A stretch of DNA of 64,000 nt from a virus. Taxonomy: Duplodnaviria; Caudoviricetes. Positions 27,345 through 36,493 of the stretch are shown one piece after another. Below the pieces are notes generated by a model. That model did no database searches. It was not told where the DNA came from and saw nothing but the letters and a program-made list of their open reading frames with translations. Within the stretch, counting starts at the first letter, position 1. Each line of letters starts with the position of its first letter. Location of the stretch: positions 1 to 64,000 of IMG/VR virus record IMGVR_UViG_3300025735_000007, one strand, 5' to 3'. Position numbers and translations under genes: made by a program.

Positions 27345-27784
27345 ACCTCACGACCAAGCAGATCGAGATCATGAAGGTGGTCGCCGCGGGCGCCATCGCG
27401 GGCGCCGTGGTCGACCTCGATCAGCTGCTCGAGCGCCTGCCTTACACGACCACGAAGGAAAGCCTGCAGTTCTCGCTGCGCGCAATCGAGCGGCACGGGC
27501 TCATTGACCGGTCGATGTCCGAGCACCGCCGCGGCCGCGCGCGGCGCCTGGTGAAGCCGACGGATCTCGGCATGGCCGTCATCAATGGCACAGGCCGGCC
27601 GCCGCCGGGTCCGGGCGCCGCGGTGGGTTCGCGATCGGAAAAGATCCTTCCCGAGCCGGTGTCTCACGGGAAAGCAGAGGATCTGCCGGTAAGCGAAGAC
27701 TTACCCCAGCCGGCGATCCTTTCCCTCCCGGAGCTGACTTTCTCCGAGCCGGAGCTGGTCCTCGAAGAGCAGTTCATTGGTTAA
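27341..27784 (+). CDS. Winged helix-turn-helix DNA-binding protein
   Basis: LT.KQ.EI......LDQL.ERL....KESLQFSLRAIE.HGLI.R....RGR.....T.LG. Confidence 0.75.
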   Translation: MNLTTKQIEIMKVVAAGAIAGAVVDLDQLLERLPYTTTKESLQFSLRAIERHGLIDRSMSEHRRGRARRLVKPTDLGMAVINGTGRPPPGPGAAVGSRSEKILPEPVSHGKAEDLPVSEDLPQPAILSLPELTFSEPELVLEEQFIG

Positions 27785-27806
27785 AAAGCGAGCAGATTTT
27801 GTAAAT

Positions 27807-27922
27807 CTTACCACTTGTCACTTTTCAGGGGTTCCCTCTATATATAACCCTTCTTTTTAAAACCTACAAAAACTACATTCAAAAAGCTAAGGGAACCACC
27901 CGAAAAGTGACAAGTAAGTAAG
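27807..27922. repeat. Long imperfect inverted repeat enclosing an AT-rich core (element 1)
   Basis: acttgtcacttttc (27813-27826) pairs with gaaaagtgacaagt (27902-27915). ggttccct (27830-27837) pairs with agggaacc (27890-27897). Confidence 0.8.
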
Positions 27923-28007
27923 GTCTGTGAAAGGTTGATCCCGGTTAGGGGAAGGAAGTAGTTGTGATGAAGAGAAGCGCGCGGGTGGATAAGTCCGTTC
28001 ACAAAAA

Positions 28008-28050
28008 TAAGTCACAGGTTATTTACAAGTCCGCTGCGGCCGGCTATAGT
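28008..28050 (+). promoter_or_regulatory. Operator plus sigma70-like promoter for the packaging operon
   Basis: Operator taagtcac-ag-gttattta (28008-28025) overlaps TTTACA-17 nt-TATAGT (28022-28050). Confidence 0.75.
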
Positions 28051-28074
28051 GAGCTCCTCAAGCATCACCTCCAA

Positions 28075-28107
28075 GGGGCAGACCACAAAGGCTGCCCCAT
28101 TTTTTTT
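28075..28107 (+). terminator. Intrinsic terminator in the terS leader
   Basis: ggggcag/ctgcccc stem followed by 8 T. Confidence 0.65.
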
Positions 28108-28121
28108 ACGGGAATCCAATC

Positions 28122-28787
28122 GTGACCGAAACGACGACGCTCCCGAAAAAGACCGGGGGCCGCACCGCAGGCAGCAAGTCGCTGACCGAGAAGCAGAAGG
28201 CGGAAGCCTGTGCGCTCTATCAGGCAGGCGAACTGACGCTCGACCAGCTCGCCAAGCGCTACGGGCGCACGCCGCGCGCGATGAGTGCGCTGTTTGCGAA
28301 GGAGGGCGTCAAGAAGGGCGAGAAGCGCGCAGAAGTGCACGCCGCGATCACCCAGCAGGTCAACCAGCAGATCGCGGGTGACGCGAACCTCATCGCGGCC
28401 AAGATTCGCGAGACGAAAGACTCGCACTACGCCGCGGCGAAGGTCATCGCGGGCCTGATCCAGCGCCAGCTCGTTGACGCCCAGAAGAAAAACCAGCCGT
28501 TTGCGACTGTCCAGAACGAAATCAAGACGCTCAAGCTCGCGGCCGAGGCGCTCGCGACGCTGCGCGAGGAGCGGTTCGTGATTCTGGGCATTGCCGACGG
28601 CGAGAAGGATGACGCCGAAGACCTGCCGGAGCTCGGCATTCAGGAAATGACCGCCGACCAGATCCTCGAGATGCAGCAGCGTCAGGACGATAGTGGTCTC
28701 GACATGGGCGACGCCGAGGCGATGCCGGTCGCGCCAGAGGGCGATGACGATGTGATCGACGTCGAGGACGGCAATGCAGCTGCGTGA
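28122..28787 (+). CDS. terS: Terminase small subunit (putative)
   Basis: N-terminal HTH, helical middle, acidic tail. Immediately upstream of TerL. Confidence 0.7.
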   Translation: MTETTTLPKKTGGRTAGSKSLTEKQKAEACALYQAGELTLDQLAKRYGRTPRAMSALFAKEGVKKGEKRAEVHAAITQQVNQQIAGDANLIAAKIRETKDSHYAAAKVIAGLIQRQLVDAQKKNQPFATVQNEIKTLKLAAEALATLREERFVILGIADGEKDDAEDLPELGIQEMTADQILEMQQRQDDSGLDMGDAEAMPVAPEGDDDVIDVEDGNAAA

Positions 28788-30060
28788 ACCGGGGCTGCCG
28801 ACCGTTACGGCGATCGCGAGCGAGCTGCAAACCATTTTCCTTCATCCGAAGCAGATGGAGGTGTTCCGCTCGCCGCACCGCTTCCGCGTCGTCACGGCCG
28901 GCCGGCGCTGGGGCAAGACGCAGCTGGCGAAGGTCTCGCTGATCAAATACGCGAAGGTCAAGAACCGGCTCGTGTGGTATGTCGCGCCGTCTTACCGGAT
29001 GGCGAAGCAGATCATGTGGCCGGATCTGGTCGCCTCGATTCCGAAGCGCTGGATCAAAAAGATCAACGAGACGACGCTCACCATTATCCTGGTGAACAAC
29101 ACGCGCATCGAGCTGAAGGGCGCCGACAACCCCGACTCGCTGCGCGGCGTGGGTGTGCACTTTCTCGTCATGGACGAAGTGCAGGACATCAACCCCGAAG
29201 CCTGGAAAAAAGTGCTGCGCCCGACGCTCGCGTCGACCGGCGGCCACGCGCTTTTCATCGGCACACCCAAGTCCTACAACTTCCTCTACGACCTGCACGT
29301 TCTCGGCCAAGACCCGAAGAACCAGATTCTCGGGCGGTGGAAGAGCTGGCAGTTCCCGACGATCACGTCGCCGTTCATCCCGGCCTCTGAAATCGAAGCC
29401 GCGCGCGCCGACATGGACGACAAGTCGTTCAAGCAGGAGTTCGAAGCCTCGTTCGAGACGATGAGCGGCCGCGTGTATTACCCGTTCGACCGCAAGGTCC
29501 ATGTGGGGAGCTATCCGTTCAACCCGTCGCTGCCGATCTGGGTGGGGCAGGACTTCAACATCGATCCGATGAGTTCCTGCATTCTCCAGCCGCAGGAAAA
29601 CGGCGAGGTGTGGGTGGTCAACGAGCTGAGCCTGAAGTCCTCGAACACCGAGGAGGTCTGCGACGAGCTCGAGCGCCTCTACTGGAAACTGGTCAAGCGC
29701 GTGACGATCTTCCCCGATCCGGCCGGCGGCTACCGGCAGCACGCGCGCGGCGAATCCGACGTCGAGATTTTCCGCCAGAAGGGCTTCAAGAACGTGGTCT
29801 ACCACAAGAAGCACCCGCCGGTGGCAGACCGCGTGAACGCCGTAAATCGCATGCTCAAAAGCGCCGACGGCAAGATCCGACTCAGGGTCGACAAGTCGTG
29901 CAAGGAAGTGATCCGCGCGCTCGAGCAAACGATCTACGAGGCGGGCGGCCGCGAAGTGGACAAGAGCATGGGTGTCGATCACATGGGCGATGCGCTGGGC
30001 TATCCGGTCCAATACATGTTCCCGGTGCGCGAAGTGACCATTGCAGGCGTCTCCATTTAA
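28774..30060 (+). CDS. terL: Terminase large subunit
   Basis: Q-motif HPKQ, Walker A AGRRWGKT, Walker B VMDE, GTP coupling motif, nuclease GQDFN...DH.GDA. Confidence 0.95.
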   Translation: MQLREPGLPTVTAIASELQTIFLHPKQMEVFRSPHRFRVVTAGRRWGKTQLAKVSLIKYAKVKNRLVWYVAPSYRMAKQIMWPDLVASIPKRWIKKINETTLTIILVNNTRIELKGADNPDSLRGVGVHFLVMDEVQDINPEAWKKVLRPTLASTGGHALFIGTPKSYNFLYDLHVLGQDPKNQILGRWKSWQFPTITSPFIPASEIEAARADMDDKSFKQEFEASFETMSGRVYYPFDRKVHVGSYPFNPSLPIWVGQDFNIDPMSSCILQPQENGEVWVVNELSLKSSNTEEVCDELERLYWKLVKRVTIFPDPAGGYRQHARGESDVEIFRQKGFKNVVYHKKHPPVADRVNAVNRMLKSADGKIRLRVDKSCKEVIRALEQTIYEAGGREVDKSMGVDHMGDALGYPVQYMFPVREVTIAGVSI

Positions 30061-30068
30061 CACTAGAA

Positions 30069-30086
30069 TAAGTCACCCGTGACTTA
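30069..30086. promoter_or_regulatory. 18-bp operator with perfect half-sites
   Basis: taagtcac-cc-gtgactta, upstream of the portal gene. Confidence 0.85.
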
Positions 30087-30104
30087 TCGAAGCACAAGGC
30101 ATAC

Positions 30105-31670
30105 ATGGCAGGCTTCTCCCAGAAACAGCTGAAGGATTTCATCAAGCGCCGACATCCGCTCTACGAGGCGATGGAGGCCCATTGGGATTTCCTCGAGGCG
30201 ACGTATGAAGGTGGTCGCGCCTGGTTCCAGCAGAACCTCCACAAATACGTGAAGGAGGGCGACCAGGAGTTTCGCCATCGCCTGCAGCGCGCATACCGGT
30301 TCAACCACACGCGTGAGGTGGTCGATCTGCTGGACAAGTATGTCTTCAAGATGGACATCCAGCGCAACGACGATGCACCCGACTACCTGAAGGAGTTCTG
30401 GAAGCGCTCGACGCTCAACGGCTCGCCGATCGTCGATTACATGAAGCGCATCAGCAACCGGACTTCGACGCTGGGTCGCGTGTGGATCGTGGTCGATTCG
30501 ACGAAAACCGAAGAGGTGCAGTCCAAGGCCGATGAGAAGGCGGTAGACGCGCGCGTCTACTCCTACATCGTCAAGCCGCAGCACGCGCTCGACATGAGCT
30601 ACGACGAGCTCGGACAGCTGCGCTGGGTGCTCTTCTACGAGACCTCACGCGATGACGCTGATCCGATCACCTCGTCAGGTGTCGTGGCCGATCGCTATCG
30701 CCTGTGGACGCGCACGACTTCGCAGGTCTTCACGGTTGACACGAGCAAGCGCGGTGCGCCGCAGATCATCCCGGGTCCGGTGGTTGAGCACAAACTCGGC
30801 GTCGTGCCGGTGTTTGCGGCCGACAACGTGATCTCAGACGACCCTTACACGTCGCCGGCGCTGATCGCCGACGTCGCGTATCTGGACCGCGCGGTTGCGA
30901 ACTACCTGTCGAACCTCGACGCGATCATCCAGGACCAGACGTTCAGCCAGCTGGTCATCCCTGCACAGGCTTTGATGGCCGGCGAAGAGGCGTTCGACAA
31001 GCTGGTGGAAATGGGCACGAAGCGCATTTTCACCTACGACGCCTCTGGCAACGGCAAGCCCGAATTCATTTCGCCGGACGTGAAGCAGGCGCAGCTAATC
31101 CTCTCGGTCATCAACAAGACGATCAACGAGATCTACCACTCCACGGGCCTCGCCGGCGAGCGCACGAAGGAGGACAACTCGCAGGGCATCGACAACAGTT
31201 CGGGCGTCGCCAAGGCGTATGACTTCGAGCGCGTGAACTCGCTGCTCGCGGCCAAGGCCGACTCGCTGGAACAGGTCGAGCGGAAGCTCTGCGAACTGGT
31301 CGCGCTCTACAACAGCAAGAAGCTGGATACGGCGCCCGACGCAACCGCGACGACATCGACGAAGCCGATGGTCGCCTACCCGAAGAACTTCGACGTTCGC
31401 GGGCTCTACGACGAATTCGACATTGCCGCGCGCCTCGCGCTGATCGAAGCACCCGATGGTGTGCGCCGTCAGCAGATGGAAGCGGTGATCGAAAAGCTCT
31501 TCCCGATGGTCAAGGATTCGATCATCAGCAAGATGAAGGATGAGCTAAAGACCTGGCCGCCAGTGGACGCACTGGCAGAACCAGGCGCCGGCGCATCACC
31601 GATGTCCACCGGCGAGATTCAGAAGATGGGCGGAAAGACCATTTCCAACCAGATGTTGAAGTCCACGTAA
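30105..31670 (+). CDS. Portal protein
   Basis: 521 aa gene after TerL. Contains HKLGVVPV and SGVAKAYD motifs, typical of SPP1-like portals. Confidence 0.85.
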   Translation: MAGFSQKQLKDFIKRRHPLYEAMEAHWDFLEATYEGGRAWFQQNLHKYVKEGDQEFRHRLQRAYRFNHTREVVDLLDKYVFKMDIQRNDDAPDYLKEFWKRSTLNGSPIVDYMKRISNRTSTLGRVWIVVDSTKTEEVQSKADEKAVDARVYSYIVKPQHALDMSYDELGQLRWVLFYETSRDDADPITSSGVVADRYRLWTRTTSQVFTVDTSKRGAPQIIPGPVVEHKLGVVPVFAADNVISDDPYTSPALIADVAYLDRAVANYLSNLDAIIQDQTFSQLVIPAQALMAGEEAFDKLVEMGTKRIFTYDASGNGKPEFISPDVKQAQLILSVINKTINEIYHSTGLAGERTKEDNSQGIDNSSGVAKAYDFERVNSLLAAKADSLEQVERKLCELVALYNSKKLDTAPDATATTSTKPMVAYPKNFDVRGLYDEFDIAARLALIEAPDGVRRQQMEAVIEKLFPMVKDSIISKMKDELKTWPPVDALAEPGAGASPMSTGEIQKMGGKTISNQMLKST

Positions 31671-31738
31671 CACGACACCGGGCCGAGTGAGCGGCCCACC
31701 TTAAACCCCGAGCGAGAGAACGCTCAAACCGAAAGGCA

Positions 31739-32632
31739 GTGAAGAAGATGAACAAGTTCCTGAAAAAGTTGATGGTGCACGGCGGCTACATGTCACCGGA
31801 GGGCGATGTGCCTAACGGCGGTGGTGGCGGTGGTGCTCCCAACGGCGACGGCGACGATGCGGCCAAGCGCGCAGCGGCAGCCAAGGAAGCCGAGCGGGCT
31901 GATGCCGAACGCCGGGAAGCCGAGCGCACGCGCGGCAAGAAGCCCACCGACGAAGAAGCCGCGCTACTGCGCGAAGTGATGGACAAAAAGGCCAAGTTGC
32001 AGGCAACGAACGATGAGCTGGCGCAAGCGAAAGCGCGACTCGCCGAGTTCGATGGCCTCGACGCTGCCGAGCTTCGCAAGCTGCTTCAGGAAAAGAAGGA
32101 TGCCGAAACCGCGCAACTGGAGGCCAAGGGCCAGTGGGATGCCCTTAAAGGCCAGATGGTCGAGCAGCATACCGCCGCGCTGAAAGAGCGCGACGAGAAG
32201 CTGTCGGCTGCCGATCAGCGCGCGCTGGATCTGCTGAACCAGATCGCTGAGCTGACCGTGGGCAATGCGTTCGGCACCTCGAAGTTCATCGCTGACGAAA
32301 TGACCCTTTCGGTTGCAAAGGCGCGTCGCGTCTATGGCGGCCACTTCGAGTTCAAGGACGGCGCAGTCGTGGCGTTCGACAAGCCGGCGGGCTCGAAAGA
32401 CCGCAGTGTGCTGGTCGATGCCAAGGGCGAGCCGCTGGGCTTCGATGCGGCACTCGCCAAGCTCGTCGACGCGGACCCGGACAAGGACACGCTGATCAAG
32501 TCCAAGCTGAAGATTGGCGCGGGCTCGAGCACGAATCCGGCATCGACGCCGAACGCGAAGCCGAACGCGAACACGGTCGGCACCGGCCGCTCGAAGATCG
32601 CAGCAGGATTGGCGAAGTCCGGCCTGAAGTAA
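31739..32632 (+). CDS. Capsid scaffolding protein (putative)
   Basis: Coiled coil with G/S-rich tail, located between portal and capsid genes. Confidence 0.75.
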   Translation: MKKMNKFLKKLMVHGGYMSPEGDVPNGGGGGGAPNGDGDDAAKRAAAAKEAERADAERREAERTRGKKPTDEEAALLREVMDKKAKLQATNDELAQAKARLAEFDGLDAAELRKLLQEKKDAETAQLEAKGQWDALKGQMVEQHTAALKERDEKLSAADQRALDLLNQIAELTVGNAFGTSKFIADEMTLSVAKARRVYGGHFEFKDGAVVAFDKPAGSKDRSVLVDAKGEPLGFDAALAKLVDADPDKDTLIKSKLKIGAGSSTNPASTPNAKPNANTVGTGRSKIAAGLAKSGLK

Positions 32633-32647
32633 GGCGGGAACACTCGC

Positions 32648-32693
32648 TTGTAAACCCGTGGCTTTCCTGGTAAAGTAAGTCACGGGTTACTCA
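32648..32693 (+). promoter_or_regulatory. Capsid-gene promoter plus operator
   Basis: TTGTAA-17 nt-TAAAGT. Operator taagtcac-gg-gttactca at 32676-32693. Confidence 0.75.
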
Positions 32694-32721
32694 CCCTATT
32701 TCTTTTCGAAAGGAAACAGAC

Positions 32722-33630
32722 ATGCCATTGCTGCAAGCAGAAGCCGACAAGCTGAGTAACAACCAGCTTGTCGCAGGCGTTATCGAAGAAATCATCGAAA
32801 AGGATGAGCTCTTCGCGTTGCTGCCGTTCGTCGGCATCAACGGCAAAGCCTACGTGTATGACCGCGAAAACACGCTGCCGGACGCCGAGTTCCTCTCGCC
32901 GAACGACGAAGTGGAAGAAAGCGCGGGCACCTTCACGGAAGTCGTGTCCAAGCTGCGCATCCTCGCGGGCGACGTGGACGTCGACAAGTTCCTGCAGGAA
33001 ACCGAGTCCGACACGAACGACCAGCGCGCGACGCAGATCGGTCTGAAGGCCAAGGCTGTGGGCCGCAAGTTCAAGAAGACCATCGCGCAGGGCAATGCCG
33101 CCGTGAACGCGAAGGAATTCGACGGCCTGCCGCAGCTGGTGTCGGCCGCGCAGACGATCGACGCGGGCGGCGCAGCGAACGGCACGGCGCTCACGCTGAA
33201 CATGCTCGACGAGCTGGCCGACGCTGTGATCAACGGCGCCGACGCATTCGTCATGCGTGCGGGCACGATCCGCGCCTACCGCGCGCTGCTGTATGCAACC
33301 GGCGGCATCCAGCCGGCGATGGTCGAGATTCCGAATTTCGGCCAACCGGTGCTGGGCCACAACGGCATTCCGATTCTGCGTAACGACTGGCTCGGCGCGG
33401 ACGAGGACATGGGCACGAACAGCAACACCTGTTCGGTCTATGCCGTTCGCCTGAACGAGCTTGACGGTTTCCACGGCCTGTGGGGCGGCAAGGAAGCGGG
33501 CATTCGCGTGGAAGACATCGGCACGGTCCAGAACAAGGACGCCGACCGTATCCGCGTGAAGTGGTATTGCGGCTCGGCGCTGAAGTCCACGCGCTCGCTG
33601 GCACGTCTGCGCGGTATCACGAACGTCTAA
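32722..33630 (+). CDS. Major capsid protein
   Basis: 302 aa, AAAGGA RBS, position after scaffold. Contains LPF.....Y.Y.RE..LP, GDVDVD, EFDGL. Confidence 0.9.
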   Translation: MPLLQAEADKLSNNQLVAGVIEEIIEKDELFALLPFVGINGKAYVYDRENTLPDAEFLSPNDEVEESAGTFTEVVSKLRILAGDVDVDKFLQETESDTNDQRATQIGLKAKAVGRKFKKTIAQGNAAVNAKEFDGLPQLVSAAQTIDAGGAANGTALTLNMLDELADAVINGADAFVMRAGTIRAYRALLYATGGIQPAMVEIPNFGQPVLGHNGIPILRNDWLGADEDMGTNSNTCSVYAVRLNELDGFHGLWGGKEAGIRVEDIGTVQNKDADRIRVKWYCGSALKSTRSLARLRGITNV

Positions 33631-33645
33631 GTTCGCGGCGATAGA

Positions 33646-33663
33646 TAAGTCACAAGTGACCTA
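33646..33663. promoter_or_regulatory. 18-bp operator
   Basis: taagtcac-aa-gtgaccta. Confidence 0.8.
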
Positions 33664-33676
33664 CGTCGCGTAAAAT

Positions 33677-33709
33677 AAAGGGCATGAGCTTCACGGCTCA
33701 TGCCCTTTT
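33677..33709 (+). terminator. Intrinsic terminator after the capsid gene
   Basis: aaagggcatgagc...gctcatgccctttt. Confidence 0.8.
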
Positions 33710-33728
33710 CTCTTGAGGAAGACAGCAC

Positions 33729-34172
33729 ATGAAGATTCGATTGTTGCAGCCCGGCTGGGAGACCTACACGGGCAATTTCGGCGGTGTCGAGTTCGTCGAC
33801 GGCCTTTCGGTTGCCGACGCCCACACCCGCGAAGCCGCGCGCCTGGCAAACGTCGTGCGCTGCGAGCTGGAAGACGGCACCAACCCAAGCGCGTCACAGG
33901 CGGCACTCGACAGCCAGGGCACCGTGATGCAGGTCGGCAGTGACCGCGCGCCAGCGCCAGCGCCCGTCAAATACAGCCGCGAAGCGCTCGAAGAGATCGC
34001 GGGCGCGAAGGGCATCAAGGGGCTGCGTGAAATCGGCGACCCGCTCAGCGTGAAGGCGAGCGGCATCGCTGACCTGATCGACCTGATCCTGAAGGCACAG
34101 CAGCCCGCGACGGCAGAAACCCCGGCTACCGAGCCGGCCGCTGCTGAGGTCGTTGCGCCGGCTGCGGAGTAA
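33729..34172 (+). CDS. Hypothetical head-associated protein
   Basis: Position after the capsid gene, GAGGA RBS. Confidence 0.7.
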   Translation: MKIRLLQPGWETYTGNFGGVEFVDGLSVADAHTREAARLANVVRCELEDGTNPSASQAALDSQGTVMQVGSDRAPAPAPVKYSREALEEIAGAKGIKGLREIGDPLSVKASGIADLIDLILKAQQPATAETPATEPAAAEVVAPAAE

Positions 34173-34175
34173 AGC

Positions 34176-34964
34176 ATGGAAAAGTATCTCGCCGGGGCAG
34201 ACGTCACCGTGACGATTCCCCTCGTGGACAGTGCGGGCAACGCGATCAAGCCGGCCTCGGCGAGTTACCGCGTGCTCGATGAGAACGGCACCGTGCTGAT
34301 CGACACGACTCCCGTGCCGTATCTGAGCCCCAATGGTGACCCGCTCGGGATTCTGGTCGGCGCGGGCGAGAACGGCCTGCCTGCCGGCGCAGTGCGCGCG
34401 TTACGCACGGTCGAAGTGCTGGCTGTGACCGACGCGGGCACGCGCCTGTTGACCGCGAACTATGTGATCGAGGCAACCGAGCCGCTCGTGCCCGGCACCA
34501 ACTCGTTCCAGACGATCAACAAGGCCGAACTCGTCGCGCTCGACATCCCGAACCTGAACGGCTGGAACAACGCCACGCGTGACGAGCGCGTCGCGGCGAT
34601 GATCCAGGCGCGCCTGAACATCGGCCAGATGAGCTACCGCTACCGGTGGTCCGAGAACTGGCAGAACTTCATCTACCCCGAGTTCGGCATCTACTCGATC
34701 ATCCAGTTCACGCAGGGGCAATACCTGTCGCTGCCGATTGATTTCCGGCAGACGTGCGAGCGCGCCCAGATCATCGAGGCGGACGACCTGCTCGGCGCTG
34801 ACCCGGTGCTCGCCAAGCGCGCGCAGGGCATCGTGTCCGAGACGGTCGGCGACTCGACCACGATGTTCAGCCCTGTGCGCCCGGCGCGGCAGCTGCTCTG
34901 CGCGCGCGCGATGCACGAACTCGCGCGCTACATCGTCAAACGCATCCGGTTGAGCCGCTCATGA
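34176..34964 (+). CDS. Putative head-tail adaptor
   Basis: Position. C-terminal GIVSETVGDS motif typical of adaptors. Confidence 0.65.
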   Translation: MEKYLAGADVTVTIPLVDSAGNAIKPASASYRVLDENGTVLIDTTPVPYLSPNGDPLGILVGAGENGLPAGAVRALRTVEVLAVTDAGTRLLTANYVIEATEPLVPGTNSFQTINKAELVALDIPNLNGWNNATRDERVAAMIQARLNIGQMSYRYRWSENWQNFIYPEFGIYSIIQFTQGQYLSLPIDFRQTCERAQIIEADDLLGADPVLAKRAQGIVSETVGDSTTMFSPVRPARQLLCARAMHELARYIVKRIRLSRS

Positions 34965-35698
34965 AAAACGTCATCATCGATACGCTCGGCGACTTTGCCG
35001 CAGGTCAGATCACGGGCTACCAGACGGCGCTCGCGGGCCTCGTCTCCGACGCCATGAACCCGAGCGCGCCGACGCGCCGGGAGCTCATGGCGAGCCTGCA
35101 GCGCCTCCAGGTCTCATGCCTGACAGCGCTCGCGCAGGCGTTCGACGTGGCGGTCGCCGACGTCTCGCACAACGGCGCGCTGAACGCAAACGCCGATGCA
35201 GACCTGTCCGTGCGCACGCAGATCGCCACCGACGCGCAGATCGCTCGCAACGCCGCGCTGGCGACGGTTGCGCAGGCGCTCGCACGCGACGCAGAAGCCG
35301 CCCATGCGCGCGTGCGTGACTTCGGCCTGAAGGTGCAGCTCATGCTCGGTGCCGGCGGGCGCAGCTACAGCTCCGCGGTGATCGCCGCAAGCATCCCCGA
35401 GCGCGCGCGCGGCATTACCTTTGGGCAAACCGACGCCGCGGGCCGCCGCTGGAAGACAGGCACCTTTGTCGCCGCGACGCTCAAGGGCGCCTTGCAGGGC
35501 ATCTACGCCGACGCGTTCGTGCGCGCTGCCGCGGCAGACGGGGCAACCGGTGTCGTCTTGCAATACGCGGACCCTGAGCACGAGGGCCACGGGCGCGTGA
35601 TCCCGTTTGTCGATACCGACGAAACCCCGGGTTACCTGACCGTGCGTAACGACATGTTCCACCCGAACTCGCGCGCGACGCTCGCGCGTCAGGAGTAA
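34961..35698 (+). CDS. Putative minor head/morphogenesis protein
   Basis: D.AGRRW and FHPN.R motifs, as in phage minor capsid proteins. Confidence 0.55.
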   Translation: MKNVIIDTLGDFAAGQITGYQTALAGLVSDAMNPSAPTRRELMASLQRLQVSCLTALAQAFDVAVADVSHNGALNANADADLSVRTQIATDAQIARNAALATVAQALARDAEAAHARVRDFGLKVQLMLGAGGRSYSSAVIAASIPERARGITFGQTDAAGRRWKTGTFVAATLKGALQGIYADAFVRAAAADGATGVVLQYADPEHEGHGRVIPFVDTDETPGYLTVRNDMFHPNSRATLARQE

Positions 35699-35702
35699 CG
35701 CG

Positions 35703-36044
35703 ATGTTCACACCGAACCAGTGGTGCACCATCACGCCGCCGGCCGCGCGCAACATCTACGGTGAGGACATTGACGGCGTGCCCGTGCGCGAGCGCTGCGC
35801 GGTCGTGCAGCTGCTCTCCAAGGCGCAGGCCACGAACTCGCGCGCGCAGCTCGCTGGCTCGCAGACGCATGCCGAGGATCTCGTGATCACCGGCAAGCTG
35901 CTGCTCCCGCCGAAGACCATCGCGAAGCTGGGTGACAAGCTGACCGTCGCAGGCATCGAGCTGCGCATTGTCTCGAGCACGCCGAAATTCAACACCTTTG
36001 GCGTGCTCGATCACTACGACGTGGAGGGCACACCGTGGGTCTAG
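35703..36044 (+). CDS. Putative head closure protein
   Basis: Position, size and N.YGE motif. Confidence 0.6.
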   Translation: MFTPNQWCTITPPAARNIYGEDIDGVPVRERCAVVQLLSKAQATNSRAQLAGSQTHAEDLVITGKLLLPPKTIAKLGDKLTVAGIELRIVSSTPKFNTFGVLDHYDVEGTPWV

Positions 36045-36493
36045 TCAAAAGCAACTTCAACCCGGAGCTGCTCGCTATCAAGATGAACCGGCTCGGCGAC
36101 ACCGCGGCGCGCCGCATTCTGGGCGTAATGCGCGAAGAGGGCGACACGATCGCGGAGCTCGCGCGCGAGAACGCGCCGGTGGACGACGGCGAGCTCGAGG
36201 ACGCAATCCAGGTCGTCGAAGACCGCGGCGGCGTCAATAACCGCGTGCAGGTCACCGTGCAGGTGGACCCGGGCGCCATCGACAGCAAGGGCGTCCCCGT
36301 GATGAGCTACGCACGCGTCATGCACGAGGCACTCGCGCCATACGGCACCGGCGCCTTTCACCTCGGGCCGGAGTCGCAAGCCAAGGACGGGGGCTCGGGC
36401 AAGGTGGGCGGCAAGTTCATGGAGCGCTCGATGCGTTCGCGGATCGGCGAAATGGGCAAGCGTGTGAAACAGATCGTGAAGGAGTCGACGTAA
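36035..36493 (+). CDS. HK97 gp10-like neck/tail completion protein
   Basis: APVDDGELE..I, YA..MHE and KFMERS motifs. Confidence 0.75.
   Translation: MGLVKSNFNPELLAIKMNRLGDTAARRILGVMREEGDTIAELARENAPVDDGELEDAIQVVEDRGGVNNRVQVTVQVDPGAIDSKGVPVMSYARVMHEALAPYGTGAFHLGPESQAKDGGSGKVGGKFMERSMRSRIGEMGKRVKQIVKEST

Noticed and set aside
27807-27922. Protelomerase telRL site of a linear plasmid-phage
   Set aside because: The arms are separated by a ~50-nt non-palindromic core rather than forming a continuous palindrome, and no protelomerase gene is seen.
28531-30063. Long antisense ORFs (e.g. 28531..30063, 5171..6583, 21344..22804, 46332..47846, 52041..53483, 57431..58789, 60144..61412)
   Set aside because: They are shadows of well-supported genes on the opposite strand, expected in high-GC DNA, with no motifs or RBS.
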